DNA of 63,609 nt, the filler included, from Candidatus Omnitrophota bacterium (GTDB lineage: Bacteria > Omnitrophota > Gorgyraeia > Zapsychrales > Zapsychraceae), in the NCBI GenBank assembly GCA_015233495.1. It is 5 parts of 5 records of this genome, joined end to end, with 100 filler letters (N's around TTAATTAATTAA, not from the genome) between each part and the next. Parts side by side here need not be neighbours in the genome. Positions count along the whole stretch, not along the records: positions 14,882 to 28,697 come from JADFXQ010000047.1; positions 28,798 to 42,027 come from JADFXQ010000049.1; 3 more parts are not named here. One strand, written 5' to 3'. Both the position numbers and the translations under genes were made by a program. Shown piece by piece: positions 18,839-29,478 of the stretch; positions within the stretch are counted from its first letter, which is position 1; the number at the start of each line of letters is the position of its first letter. The notes beneath the pieces were generated by a model that ran no database searches, was not told the origin of the DNA, and saw nothing but the letters and a program-made list of their open reading frames with translations.

Positions 18839-18882
18839 AATAATCAAGAAGAGAGTTTTTTTAAGATCAAGGAGACATTGAC

Positions 18883-20025
18883 ATGAGAGTTATAGCCATT
18901 GCCAATCAAAAAGGCGGTTGCGGCAAAACGACCACGGCGATCAATCTGGCATCGTCGCTTGCCATGAACGGCCGGAAAGTTCTTTTGATTGACTTGGATC
19001 CCCAGGCCCACGCGACTTTGGGGTTGAACGTGGAGAGCCAGGACAGCATTTATAACGTGATTTCGAAATTGACTCCGCGCAAGGCCCGGATTGAAAACAT
19101 TGTTAAAAATGTGCACTCGCAGTTTGATATTGTTCCTTCCAACGTGCTCGTCGGCACTTTGGAACAGGAATTGGCGGATGAAATCGGACGGGAGTTAAAA
19201 TTGTCGGAAGTGATTAAACCTATCCGGGACCTTTATGATTATGTCTTGATCGACTGCCCGCCCAGCTTGGGGATTTTAACGGTCAACGCGATCCGGGTTT
19301 GCGAAGCAGTGATCATTCCGGTAGAGACGAGCCGGTTTTCTTTGCAAGGCGTGGAACATTTGTTGGATATTGTGAATTTGGTGCGGGACCGGCTGAACCA
19401 TTTTGTGCAATGCAAGGTTTTGGTCACGATGTTTGATTCGCGGCTGCGGCATTCGTTCGCGATGCTGGACTCGTTCCGCAAGCGTTTTGAGGGCATGTTG
19501 TTTGACACGATCATTCATGTTAATGTCAAACTTAAGGAATCGGCGGTCATGGGACAGACAGTTTCGCATTATGATAAATATTGCCGCGGCGCGAAAGATT
19601 ATTTTACTTTGGCTAAGGAATTGATTACGCAGGAAATTCCGCCGATGAACGCGCCGGCCGCGGCCGCGCCCGCGGTTGCCGTCGCGGCTGAATTGGGGGA
19701 GGAGCAGGTGTTTTGCTCGTTTTCCGATAAAATGAGCCGGTTGGTCAAGCGGGAAGCGGCAGAGATGAAGACGCGTTTTGAAATTGATATGCCGTCGGCA
19801 AAAACGGTTTACGTGACGGGGAGCTTTAACGATTGGTCTTTAGACGAGCCGTACCGTTTGCAAAATACCGAAGGCCGTTGGCGGCTGGATCTGCCGCTTA
19901 AACCGGGGATGTATGAGTACCAATTTGTTATTGACGGTGTTTGGACGGAAGACCCCCAAAACAGCCGTCGGCAAAAGAACCCGTTTGGCGATAATAATTC
20001 TTTGCTTGAAGTAAAAGCCGAATAA
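18883..20025 (+). CDS. ParA/Soj ATPase fused to a C-terminal CBM48/AMPK-type glycogen-binding domain
   Basis: NQKGGCGKTT, DLDPQ, IDCPP. C-terminus VYVTGSFNDW...LKPGMYEYQFVIDGVW...NPFG..NS. Confidence 0.85.
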   Translation: MRVIAIANQKGGCGKTTTAINLASSLAMNGRKVLLIDLDPQAHATLGLNVESQDSIYNVISKLTPRKARIENIVKNVHSQFDIVPSNVLVGTLEQELADEIGRELKLSEVIKPIRDLYDYVLIDCPPSLGILTVNAIRVCEAVIIPVETSRFSLQGVEHLLDIVNLVRDRLNHFVQCKVLVTMFDSRLRHSFAMLDSFRKRFEGMLFDTIIHVNVKLKESAVMGQTVSHYDKYCRGAKDYFTLAKELITQEIPPMNAPAAAAPAVAVAAELGEEQVFCSFSDKMSRLVKREAAEMKTRFEIDMPSAKTVYVTGSFNDWSLDEPYRLQNTEGRWRLDLPLKPGMYEYQFVIDGVWTEDPQNSRRQKNPFGDNNSLLEVKAE

Positions 20026-20111
20026 AAAGCGGCTCGTTCCTGCGCGCCGCCCCCAACGTTTGTCCGCGTTATCCTTCCGGAGTATTTTTCGAAAAAGAAA
20101 GGTGTTGGTCT

Positions 20112-20600
20112 ATGGCCGTTGTGGGCCGGATTATGGATTTGTTGCGGGATTTTTTGTTTCCTTCCCGGCCGCGGCGGCGCGCGAAAGGATCTTCGCGCAA
20201 AAAGAAAGCCCGCTCTAATTTGGCTCAACCCAAAAAATTGCCGGTCCCGGTGAAGGTTGTCCCAGCCGCCAAAAAACCGCGGGCCCCCAAAAAAGCGGCA
20301 GAGCCCAAAATCGTGCCGGCGGCTCCGATAAGAAAAAATTTTAAGCCGCAGGGGACGCCAGTTGGCGAAATAACCCATTTTTTTCCCAAAATCAAAGTGG
20401 TGGTGGTGAAAATGACCGCAGGACGCCTGCGGGTTGGCGACCGGGTCGCTATCCAGGGCCAGGGAAAAGGATTTGTGCAAAGCGTGACGTCTTTGCAGGT
20501 GGAAAGTTTGGATGTTGCCGCAGTGAATCGCGGACAAACCGCGGGGATGAAAGTTGTCCGCCCGGCGAAAGCCGGGGATCAGCTGATCCGTTTGACTTGA
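20112..20600 (+). CDS. Basic N-terminus plus EF-Tu domain-II-like beta-barrel protein
   Basis: VGEITHFFPKIKV...LRVGDRVAIQG...QSVTSLQVE...GMKV. Confidence 0.65.
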   Translation: MAVVGRIMDLLRDFLFPSRPRRRAKGSSRKKKARSNLAQPKKLPVPVKVVPAAKKPRAPKKAAEPKIVPAAPIRKNFKPQGTPVGEITHFFPKIKVVVVKMTAGRLRVGDRVAIQGQGKGFVQSVTSLQVESLDVAAVNRGQTAGMKVVRPAKAGDQLIRLT

Positions 20601-20679
20601 GCGGAATTTATTTAATTTGTATTGGCCGCGGGGTTTGTGTTATATTTGCGGTGTTAAAATGGATAAAAAAGGCTTAGAG

Positions 20680-20931
20680 ATGATGAATCGTCAGGGTCAA
20701 AACGCGATTGAGTATATGCTGCTGTTCGCCGCGGCAACAATGGTGCTGTTGGTGGCTTTGCGGCCGGGCGGATTTTTTACTCAGGCGATTAATCATTCGA
20801 TGGAAACCGCTTTGGTCAATGGGTTGGATCAAATGGCGAGCGGAGTTTATTATAATGTATATAACGAGCCGGGAACAAAAGTTTGCCGGGAAGTCAATGC
20901 GGATGACAAGACAAAATGTTTAGTTTGGTAA
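20680..20931 (+). CDS. Class III signal-peptide (Flp/type IV pilin-like) protein
   Basis: RQGQNAIEY followed by a hydrophobic helix. Exact start uncertain. Confidence 0.7.
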   Translation: MMNRQGQNAIEYMLLFAAATMVLLVALRPGGFFTQAINHSMETALVNGLDQMASGVYYNVYNEPGTKVCREVNADDKTKCLVW

Positions 20932-20935
20932 AGCG

Positions 20936-21361
20936 ATGAAAAATAAAATAGAAACTGCCCTAATGCGACGGTATCTTATCTGGTGTTATAAAACCGCCAA
21001 AGAAGCTTTGGACCGGATTGACCGGTATTATACGCAGTTGGAGATTGACCAGTCGGTTTTAGATGTTTTGCGCGATTGCCCGGCATATATCGCTTCCGGC
21101 GCGGCGGGCAAAGATTTTGTCAAACGGGTGGATGATTTCGAAGTCTATATGCGGGAAAAGCGCCGTAATGTCGACGCGAAAAAATTCAACGCGGGAGACG
21201 GCAAACAATTGTCCGGCGAGTATGTTTATTTGCGCGAAAGAATGCGGGCGATCGAAAAAGCCATTATCCGGTTTTTGGGCCGTCCGGAACTGGCGCGGAT
21301 TCATCAATTGTATGAAACCGAGATGACCCGGCGGATCCTGGAAGCCCGGGAACACACTTAA
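20936..21361 (+). CDS. Hypothetical helical protein
   Basis: 141-aa ORF 4 nt downstream of the pilin-like gene, with coding-like composition. Confidence 0.65.
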   Translation: MKNKIETALMRRYLIWCYKTAKEALDRIDRYYTQLEIDQSVLDVLRDCPAYIASGAAGKDFVKRVDDFEVYMREKRRNVDAKKFNAGDGKQLSGEYVYLRERMRAIEKAIIRFLGRPELARIHQLYETEMTRRILEAREHT

Positions 21362-21381
21362 AGCTACGCAACAGTCTCAAT

Positions 21382-21636
21382 TTACTTTCGCGCGTCCCGC
21401 AGGTGTTGTTCTAAGAGTTCGCGCTGGGCCTGGACGCGGTCGCGGTTGTCTTGCAGACGCTGTTTTTGTTCGGAGATTTTGTCGTTAAGATCCTGGATGA
21501 GCTGATCGTTTTTGTCCCGTTGCTCGCGTTGGCGAACCAAAGCATCAGCGGCTTGTTGTTTTTGCGTAGCGATGCGGTTCTGATAATCGCTCAGGCGCTG
21601 TCTTTGATCGGCCAACTGCCCGCGGGCGGCTTGCAT
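21382..21636 (-). CDS. Small Q/R-rich coiled-coil protein
   Basis: 84-aa heptad-rich ORF directly after rimO. Confidence 0.5.
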   Translation of the reverse strand: MQAARGQLADQRQRLSDYQNRIATQKQQAADALVRQREQRDKNDQLIQDLNDKISEQKQRLQDNRDRVQAQRELLEQHLRDARK

Positions 21637-21643
21637 TGCGGAT

Positions 21644-22990
21644 TCATATAACGTCCCCGGTCAAATCATGCGCGTCAGCATCCGTCATCTTGACATCGAT
21701 AAAATCGCCTACGGCGATTTTCGCCCGCGTTTTCGATGGGGGCGTCAACCGCGCGGTAACTACGCCGTCCACTTCCGGAGCGTCATATTGCGTACGGCCT
21801 ATCCAGAGATTTTCGCCGGCTTTTTCATCAACCAGCACCCGCGCGGTTTTCCCGATAAACGCCCGCAGATTTTCGGCCGAAATCTCCTGCTGCAAAGCCA
21901 TCAAACGCGCCGCGCGCTGTTGCTTAGTCTTCTGTGGCACCTGGCCTGACAAGGCGGCAGCGGGCGTGCCTTCTTCCCGGGAATAAGCAAATACTCCGAC
22001 CCGGTCAAACCGGGTCTCTTTCATAAACTCCAGCAATTCGCGAAACTCCGCGGCGGTTTCACCCGGCAATCCGGTGATGAACGTTGTCCGCAAACGCATC
22101 CCCGGAACGCGTTCCCGCAATTTGCGTATCAAATTTTCTGTCTGGAGACGGTCAGCGGGCCGGCCCATCGCTTTTAATATCCGGCGATTGATATGCTGTA
22201 ACGGCATATCCAAATACTTGCAAATTTTCGGTTCCGCCGCGATAACGTCAATCAGCTCATCCGTCACATGACCCGGATGCGCGTATAATAACCGCACCCA
22301 AGCGATATTTTTTGTGCCGCGGCAAATCCGCCGCAGCAACCCCGGCAATTCTTTCCGGCCGAAAAGATCAATCCCATACGCGGTAATATCCTGACCGATC
22401 ACGTTGATTTCTTTGACCCCCGACCGGTCGAGCCGGCTGACTTCCCGCAATATGGCCTGAGGTTCCCGGGAAGCAAACGGTCCCTTGATCCGCGGAATCA
22501 CGCAAAATTTACAGTGATGATAGCAGCTTTCGCAAATCTTCACATAAGCGTAATGGCGCGGCGTCAATAAGACCGCCGGCGGATTATTTTTCTGCTCCAA
22601 GGGCAGCGTCCCAATCACTTCGTCAGCGTCTTTGAATTCAGCGGTCAGCTGGGGTTGATACCTTTGCGCCAAACAACCGGCGATCAGCACGCGCCGAATC
22701 TTTCCCTCCGCCTTTAATTTTAAAAGATCAACAATCGCGTCCACTGATTCCCGTTTCGCGTCTTCCACAAACGCGCAGGTGTTTACCACAACCGTGTCCG
22801 CGTCTTCCACCGCGGCGATGGTGTAGCCGCGCTTCTGAAAAGACCCCAAAATCTGCTGTCCATCAACGAGATTACGGGCGCAACCCAGATTCACCAGGCC
22901 AACCTTCCCCTGGCGCTGTGCAGCGTCTCTCTTTGCGGTTTGGCGGTCTTGCCGTGCGCTGCCGCCCTCCTGCTTTCTGCCGGACATCAC
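21644..22990 (-). CDS. rimO: Ribosomal protein S12 methylthiotransferase
   Basis: LGCARNLVD, NTCAF, AGCLAQR, CYHHCKFC, YDAPEVDG, C-terminal TRAM domain. Confidence 0.92.
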   Translation of the reverse strand: MMSGRKQEGGSARQDRQTAKRDAAQRQGKVGLVNLGCARNLVDGQQILGSFQKRGYTIAAVEDADTVVVNTCAFVEDAKRESVDAIVDLLKLKAEGKIRRVLIAGCLAQRYQPQLTAEFKDADEVIGTLPLEQKNNPPAVLLTPRHYAYVKICESCYHHCKFCVIPRIKGPFASREPQAILREVSRLDRSGVKEINVIGQDITAYGIDLFGRKELPGLLRRICRGTKNIAWVRLLYAHPGHVTDELIDVIAAEPKICKYLDMPLQHINRRILKAMGRPADRLQTENLIRKLRERVPGMRLRTTFITGLPGETAAEFRELLEFMKETRFDRVGVFAYSREEGTPAAALSGQVPQKTKQQRAARLMALQQEISAENLRAFIGKTARVLVDEKAGENLWIGRTQYDAPEVDGVVTARLTPPSKTRAKIAVGDFIDVKMTDADAHDLTGDVI

Positions 22991-23898
22991 TTTATCACCG
23001 TCAAACCTTCCCGCGTAATCACCACCTGACGCGCCCGGCTGCCTTTCTTTCCCAAAGGACCCAACATCCGGCCGTTCAACTCGAAATCCAGCTGATAAAT
23101 ATTCCGGCCGGTGATTTCAATGCGTTCCTTAGCTACCCAAGTTTCCGCTGATCCCGTATGCAGAGACTCGCGGAACACCACCGCGCCGTCGGCTTTAACC
23201 AAAATCCAGCACCGCTGCTTCGCCCGCGCCGTCAAGACAATATTTTTCCGTTCGGACAAAGCAACAGCTGCCTTCGGTTTAGCGGCGGCTGCCAGACCAT
23301 TTGTCCCTTCCGGAACAACCGAGCCCGCTGCCGGCTGCAACGCAACCACCGGCGAGATCTCCACCGAGCGGTGTTTCTTATTTTTTCCGGAGATCACCGG
23401 CGTTATTGACTGGGAAGCCAAAACCGGAGCCGACAAAACAGATTGGGTTTTCAACGCCGGCGACCGAAAAAGAGAGCACGACCTAAACAACTGCGCTGCC
23501 GCGAAAATCAATAAAAGCGTAAAACCGGCGATCACGCCTAAGCGCATCCTCTCCCGCGTGAAAATATCGAAAAATCTAGACGGCGGCGCGAAATCTTGGC
23601 GCTCAAATTTTAAACGTGCCGGCGCCGGGGGCTTCGGGGCATCGCCCAGCACGCTTTGTCCGTCGATACCGAGATATTGCGCGTACATTTTCAAAAAACC
23701 GCGATAGTAAAAAGGCGATAAGGAACGAATTGTATACCCCTCTTCGATCGCCTTTAGCGCATCTAAAGGAATCTTGGTCGCTTCTTGCACCGCTTCCAAA
23801 GGCAGACCGCGTTCCACGCGGATTTTTTTCAACAACAACCCTTTTTCGGCGTTCGCATCCGATTCGGACGCTGGATTAGGCTGGGGAGGATTCGCCAT
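22987..23898 (-). CDS. rodZ: RodZ-like protein (HTH, TM, DUF4115)
   Basis: Start moved to MANPPQ. GLLLKKIR...ALKAIEEG...YYRGFLKMYAQYLG, TM helix, CWILVKADG. ftsK-rodZ-rimO synteny. Confidence 0.82.
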   Translation of the reverse strand: MANPPQPNPASESDANAEKGLLLKKIRVERGLPLEAVQEATKIPLDALKAIEEGYTIRSLSPFYYRGFLKMYAQYLGIDGQSVLGDAPKPPAPARLKFERQDFAPPSRFFDIFTRERMRLGVIAGFTLLLIFAAAQLFRSCSLFRSPALKTQSVLSAPVLASQSITPVISGKNKKHRSVEISPVVALQPAAGSVVPEGTNGLAAAAKPKAAVALSERKNIVLTARAKQRCWILVKADGAVVFRESLHTGSAETWVAKERIEITGRNIYQLDFELNGRMLGPLGKKGSRARQVVITREGLTVIK

Positions 23899-26149
23899 CC
23901 GAAGGCCCTTTCTGGTTTTCCTGCATATGTTCCAACAGCCATTGTTCCCGGTCCACCAAAATATCGCGGGGTTTACTGCCGCAATACGGTCCGACAATGC
24001 CGCCTTGCTCCATCATATCGATCAACCGCGCGGCCCGCGTGTAACCCAGCCGCATTCTCCGCTGCAAAATCGAAACCGAAGCTTGATTCGTCTCGACTAC
24101 AAGCCGCACAGCCTCATCATAAAATTCATCGCGCTCTTCCGACCCGCCCGCGCCATTGTCGCCGCGCTGCGAATTCAAAATAGTGTCGTCATAATCCGGC
24201 TGGCGCTGCTTTTTAATAAATTCGATAACCCGGGCGATCTCCTCGTCTTTCACAAAATTCCCCTGTCCGCGGGTCGGCTTGGCTTCTCCAGGCTGAATAA
24301 AGAGCATGTCCCCTTTTCCCAAAAGCGCCTCCGCGCCGTTCATGTCCAAAACCGTGCGCGAATCGACCTTCGAAGCTACCTTAAACGAAATCCGCGCCGG
24401 AAAATTTGCCTTAATCACGCCGGTAATCACGTCTACGGACGGACGCTGGGTGGCGAGAATCAAATGGATGCCCACGGCGCGCGACAATTGCGCCAACCGG
24501 GCAATCGACCCTTCCACGGTTTTCGCGGAAATTTGCATCAAATCCGCTAACTCGTCGATGATCACGACAATATACGGCATTAAATGGCCTTTGGCGTTAT
24601 ATGCCTTAATATTGCGCACGCCTTCCTTGGACAATTTTTTATACCGGTTTTCCATTTCTCCGACCACCCAATGGAGAACTGCCGACGCTTTCTTTGCGTC
24701 GGTAACCGTCGGGCAAAGCAAATGCGGAATATCATTATACCCGGCCAACTCCACCATCTTCGGATCGACCATCACAAAACGGACTTCATCCGGCGAAGCG
24801 TTGAGCAGAATCGACATGATGATCCCATTGACGCACACGGTTTTTCCCGAACCGGTTGTCCCGGCGATCAACAAATGGGGCATATCCGCGAGGTTGGCGA
24901 CCATGGATTTGCCGGCGATATCTTTGCCCAAACACAACGTCAATTTTGATTTCGCGGCGCGGAATTCTGTCCCGGACAAAACTTCCTTTAAATACACCGA
25001 AGCGGCTGACCCGTTCGGCACTTCAATCCCGACGCGGTTCGTGCCCGGAATCGGCGCCACAATCCGCACGGTCGCGGCGCGCATCGCCAAAGCGATGTCA
25101 TCATCCAAAGACGTAAACTGCTGCACCCGCGTTCCCGGAGAGGGTTCCAGTTCATAGCGGGTGATCGCCGGACCGCGTTCAATATCCACCACCTTGGCCA
25201 CGACGTTGAACTGGGCCAGGGTTTCTTCCAAAAGTTTCGCGTCCGTCATCAAAGTCGTCTGGATTTTATCCGTAGATATTTTAGGCGGGTCATCTAACAA
25301 ATCCAACGGCGGCAGCCGGTATTCGCCGCCCCGCGGATCCGCGGTTTTTTCAATCACACTTTCCCGCGGCGCTTCCGGCTGGGTGATTTTGATGTTGGGT
25401 TTCTCGGTTCTCCCGGCAGGAGACGCGGCGGACGTTTTGACTAAAGACGCCGGCTCGGCAAATTCATACTCAAACACGTCGGCATTGGCATTCTTGTCCG
25501 CCCCCGCCGCCGGTATTTTATCCGCGGGGGCCCGCGCCGGTTTCCCGGGATTTTTCCCCCCGGCGCTGGCGACGGCCAAACCATTACCCGACGACAATTT
25601 TTCCCGGATTGCCAAACCTTTCTCTCTAACCCGTTCCATACAAGCCTTGACGATCGGCGCCACTAAAAATTCACAGGTCACGATCAATGACAAAATGCCA
25701 AACGCGGTTAAGATGATCCAAGCGCCCGTGACTCCCAGATAGCGCGACAAAAAATCAGACATCGCCCACCCGATCAACCCTGCCCGTTGAAAACGCGACG
25801 ACGCATCCCCGGCCCCCACCATACCGATGGCGGAACTAACTGTGCCAAAAAGAATAAAAAAAGAAAGGGTCTTCGGAAAAGAAAGCCGCATTTCGCGGGA
25901 AGTGAATTTATTCCAGCCGATAAACAGCAGAAAAATGACCAAGATATAAGCGCTGTACCCGAAAATAAAAAAAAGACTGCCGGCTAAATAAGCGCCGGTG
26001 ACGCGGATCAAATTGTGCGGGGGGTTATTCGGCTGCGAAGTATACCAAGATAAATCCGCCGGAGTAAACGAGGCTAAACTCGCGAGCAATATCAACCCGA
26101 TCGCCAGAATCACAATCGCCTTTATCTCGTTGATATGCTCTGGTTTCAT
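23876..26149 (-). CDS. ftsK: DNA translocase FtsK
   Basis: 4 TM N-terminus, MPHLLIAGTTGSGKT, ATQRPSVDVITG, gamma domain LQRRMRLGYTRAARLID. Confidence 0.96.
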   Translation of the reverse strand: MKPEHINEIKAIVILAIGLILLASLASFTPADLSWYTSQPNNPPHNLIRVTGAYLAGSLFFIFGYSAYILVIFLLFIGWNKFTSREMRLSFPKTLSFFILFGTVSSAIGMVGAGDASSRFQRAGLIGWAMSDFLSRYLGVTGAWIILTAFGILSLIVTCEFLVAPIVKACMERVREKGLAIREKLSSGNGLAVASAGGKNPGKPARAPADKIPAAGADKNANADVFEYEFAEPASLVKTSAASPAGRTEKPNIKITQPEAPRESVIEKTADPRGGEYRLPPLDLLDDPPKISTDKIQTTLMTDAKLLEETLAQFNVVAKVVDIERGPAITRYELEPSPGTRVQQFTSLDDDIALAMRAATVRIVAPIPGTNRVGIEVPNGSAASVYLKEVLSGTEFRAAKSKLTLCLGKDIAGKSMVANLADMPHLLIAGTTGSGKTVCVNGIIMSILLNASPDEVRFVMVDPKMVELAGYNDIPHLLCPTVTDAKKASAVLHWVVGEMENRYKKLSKEGVRNIKAYNAKGHLMPYIVVIIDELADLMQISAKTVEGSIARLAQLSRAVGIHLILATQRPSVDVITGVIKANFPARISFKVASKVDSRTVLDMNGAEALLGKGDMLFIQPGEAKPTRGQGNFVKDEEIARVIEFIKKQRQPDYDDTILNSQRGDNGAGGSEERDEFYDEAVRLVVETNQASVSILQRRMRLGYTRAARLIDMMEQGGIVGPYCGSKPRDILVDREQWLLEHMQENQKGPSDGESSPA

Positions 26150-26163
26150 CTTTTTAGTCGTAT

Positions 26164-28281
26164 CTACTGCGCCGTTGTCTCTTCCACGCGTTTACGGCTC
26201 AAATTCAGACGGTTCATCTTATCAATTTCAAACAATACGACTTTAAATTTGTCGCCGACTTTCGCTACTTGGGTCATATCTTTCACGTAATCTTTGGCAA
26301 ATTCCGAAACGTGCACCAGGCCTTGTTTGCCGGGAAGAATTTCACAAAACGCCCCGAAATTCATCACCTTCATGACTGTGGCCTCATACACCTTGCCGAT
26401 TTCCGGCGCGATCGCGAAACCCTGCACATACTGCAAAGCCTTCTGGGCTTTTTCCTTACCCAAAGCGGCGATCGTCACCTTGCCATCATCGTCGATATCA
26501 ATCGACTCCGCGCCGGTTTCTTCAATGATCTTTTTAATCATTTTACCGCCCGGTCCGATCACTTCCCCAATCTTGTCCGGCGGCACCGAGGTGATCAAAA
26601 TCCGCGGCGCGTATTCCGACAAATCCGGGGCCGGCATGGATATAACGGCCGCCATTTTGTCTAAAATCTGCATGCGCGCTTCCCGGGCCTGAGCCAGACC
26701 TTTAATCAAATCCTCTAAAGCGATCCCTTTTACCTTGATATCCAACTGAACCGCGGTCACGCCGTTTTTAGTGCCCGCGATTTTATAATCCATATCCCCG
26801 AAATGATCTTCCGAGCCCATGATATCCGTCAGTAAAACCGAATCCTGTTTCCCGTCGCCGGAAATCAGTCCGATGGAAATCCCGGCCACCGGATCCGTGA
26901 TCGGCACGCCTGCAGCCATCAAACTCAAACAACCGGCGCAAACGCTCGCCATGCTGGAAGACCCGTTCGATTCCATAATTTCCGAAACCACCCGGATCGT
27001 ATAAGGAAAATCTTCTTTTTTCGGGAGCACAATTTTTAACGCTTTTACAGCCAAAGCCCCGTGCCCTATTTCCCGGCGTCCCGGCGCCCGGCTGCCTTTT
27101 GCCTCACCGACGCTATACGGAGGAAAATTGTAATGCAGCATGAAATTCTCATATGAAACGCCTTCCAGCGATTCAATCATTTGCTCATCGCGCCGCGTGC
27201 CCAAAGTCACAACCGACAAACTTTGCGTTTGCCCGCGACTGAACAAACTCGATCCGTGCGTGCGCGGCAGAAGGTTTACCTCACAGGAAATCGGCCGGAT
27301 CTCTTTTAACCCCCGGCCATCCGCCCGTTTCTGTTCTTTAAAAATTTTAGCGCGGACCACCTGATATTCCGCGACATCAAACAACATTTTAACCTCGCCG
27401 GCCGCCACTGCCCGGTCTCCCGCCTTGTAAGCAGCAAAGACCGTCAGATCCGCGAGAATATCATCCAAAACCGCTTGGCGGGCGTTTTCCCGCTCTTGTT
27501 TATCCGCGATCGTATAAACCGAATGCAGCCGGTCCACCGCGAGCTCTAAGACCTTGTCTTTCAATTCCGCGGGCGGCTGAAACAAATCCACTTTGGCTTT
27601 GGACTTGCCCATTTTTTTACGCAAATCCAATTGCGGCAAACGGCTGGCCTGCAATTCTTCCAAAGCAAAACGATAAGCCTCGGCGATCCGCAGTTCCGGA
27701 ATCTGATTCCCTTCCGTTTCAATCATGACGATTTTATCCGCCAAACCAACGACCACCATTTCCATCGCGCAAGCCTGCCGCTCGGCGTAAGTGGGATTTA
27801 CCACAAATTCATCGTCCAACAAACCCACCCGCACCGCGCCTACCGGCCCCTCGAACGGGACATCGGAAATCGTCAACGCTGTCGAAGCGGCGATAATCGC
27901 CAGCACGTCCGGATCATTCTCCCCATCGGAGCTCAAAACCGTGGCGGTAATAATCACGTCATTGTAAAACCCTTCCGGGAAAAGCGGACGGATCGGGCGG
28001 TCAATCAACCGCGCCGTCAAAATCTCTTTTTGCGTGGGGCGTCCCTCGCGCTTGAAGAACCCGCCGGGAATCCGTCCGGCGGAATAGGTTTTTTCCTGAT
28101 AATCCACCATCAGCGGAAAAAATTCCGCGTCCGGTTTCGGCGCTTTCGCCATGCACACCGCTGCCAGCACAACCGTGCCGCCGCACGTCACTGTCACCGC
28201 CGCGTTAGCCTGATTGGCGAATTTGCCGGTTTCAATAATAATATTTTTCCCGCCCAACAAAAATTCGACTCTTTCGATCAT
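26164..28281 (-). CDS. pnp: Polyribonucleotide nucleotidyltransferase
   Basis: GRIPGGFFKREG, RGQTQ, RREIGHG, SNGSSSMASVC, KH and S1 domains. Confidence 0.97.
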   Translation of the reverse strand: MIERVEFLLGGKNIIIETGKFANQANAAVTVTCGGTVVLAAVCMAKAPKPDAEFFPLMVDYQEKTYSAGRIPGGFFKREGRPTQKEILTARLIDRPIRPLFPEGFYNDVIITATVLSSDGENDPDVLAIIAASTALTISDVPFEGPVGAVRVGLLDDEFVVNPTYAERQACAMEMVVVGLADKIVMIETEGNQIPELRIAEAYRFALEELQASRLPQLDLRKKMGKSKAKVDLFQPPAELKDKVLELAVDRLHSVYTIADKQERENARQAVLDDILADLTVFAAYKAGDRAVAAGEVKMLFDVAEYQVVRAKIFKEQKRADGRGLKEIRPISCEVNLLPRTHGSSLFSRGQTQSLSVVTLGTRRDEQMIESLEGVSYENFMLHYNFPPYSVGEAKGSRAPGRREIGHGALAVKALKIVLPKKEDFPYTIRVVSEIMESNGSSSMASVCAGCLSLMAAGVPITDPVAGISIGLISGDGKQDSVLLTDIMGSEDHFGDMDYKIAGTKNGVTAVQLDIKVKGIALEDLIKGLAQAREARMQILDKMAAVISMPAPDLSEYAPRILITSVPPDKIGEVIGPGGKMIKKIIEETGAESIDIDDDGKVTIAALGKEKAQKALQYVQGFAIAPEIGKVYEATVMKVMNFGAFCEILPGKQGLVHVSEFAKDYVKDMTQVAKVGDKFKVVLFEIDKMNRLNLSRKRVEETTAQ

Positions 28282-28477
28282 GAATATGTCCTTTAATAGT
28301 TTCCTTCAATTTGAAAAAATAAATTGCTCGACCGGAATGGCTTGCCCCGGAATCGGTGTTTCGCGTCAGCGAAACTGCCCGGGGAGAGCAATTTGCGTTT
28401 TTCAAATTGCCCTCTATCCAGAAAAACAATTAAAGCCTTAGGAAGCGGTTTTGCCCGATCCCTTGGCCGTAACATAA

Positions 28478-28696
28478 TTACTTGCGCAAGTTCAATTTCG
28501 CGATGATTTCCTGATATTTATCCGGGTCCGTCTTTTTCAAGTAATCCAAAAGCCGGCGCCTTTGACCGATCATCATCAAAAGCCCGCGGCGCGAATGAAA
28601 ATCTTTTTTATGCGTCTTAAAATGTTCGTTTAAGCCGTTGATGCGCTCACTCAATATCGCCGCTTGTACCTCAGCGGACCCGGTGTCTTTGGCATG
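28478..28696 (-). CDS. rpsO: 30S ribosomal protein S15, 5'-truncated
   Basis: Hand translation [19 protein letters not shown]...[25 protein letters not shown]...LNLRK*, upstream of pnp. Not in the ORF track. Confidence 0.95.
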   Translation of the reverse strand, partial: HAKDTGSAEVQAAILSERINGLNEHFKTHKKDFHSRRGLLMMIGQRRRLLDYLKKTDPDKYQEIIAKLNLRK

Positions 28697-28697
28697 C

Positions 28698-28797
28698 NNN
28701 NNNNNNNNNNNNNNNNNNNNNNNNNNNNNNNNNNNNNNNNNTTAATTAATTAANNNNNNNNNNNNNNNNNNNNNNNNNNNNNNNNNNNNNNNNNNNN
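28698..28797. other. Artificial contig spacer
   Basis: N run with TTAATTAATTAA. Confidence 0.97.
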
Positions 28798-29471
28798 TTC
28801 ACCAATTTCCAGATGCTCTGCCTGCTGATTTTTTTCCCCAAACGGCTCAAAAATAAATGCGGGGTAGGCGTCTTAGCTAATTTCGGACGGACGCGGTCGC
28901 AATATTTTTCCACGGCAAGCCGGGCCTGTTTCCCAATCGGCACAATACGCTGTTTGCTCCCTTTGCCGGTGCAGCGTAAATATCCCGCCTCCAAATTCAC
29001 GTCTTCGACTTTCAAATCAACCAATTCCGAAACCCGCATACCGCTGGCGTAAAACAATTCCAGCATCGCGTGGTCGCGTAAAGCCTGGCAATTGTTGCCT
29101 GCGGAAGCTTGGAGCAAAGCGCTGACCTCAGCCGCAGTCATCACCTGCGGGACCCGCTTCCAGATTTTTGGGGTGTCCACCAAGAGCGTCGGATCTTCGG
29201 CAGTCCGCCGTTCGCGCACCAAAAAACGGTGAAACATCCGGATCGCTGACAGCGAACGACAAATCGAAGGCGCGGACAACTTCGCCTGTTTCTGGCTATA
29301 CATGAAATCCGCAATATCTTTTTTACGCGCCAGTGCGAGAACGCTGACGCCCCGCGCCGCGCAAAACGCGGCGTATTTCCGCAAATCGCGACGGTAAGCG
29401 GCGAGCGTGTTGGCCGCGAGGCCGCGCTCCACCGCTAAAAAATTTATAAAATCCTCGATCGCCTCGCCCAT
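28798..29471 (-). CDS. xerD: Tyrosine recombinase XerD, 3'-truncated
   Basis: VERGLAANTLAAYRRDL, RDHAMLELFYASGMRVSEL, GKGSKQRIVP. Confidence 0.9.
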
Positions 29472-29478
29472 CGGTCGC

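Noticed and set aside
28798..29471. Phage or island integrase
   Set aside because: Sequence and context (next to ligA) fit housekeeping XerD, and no phage genes are present.
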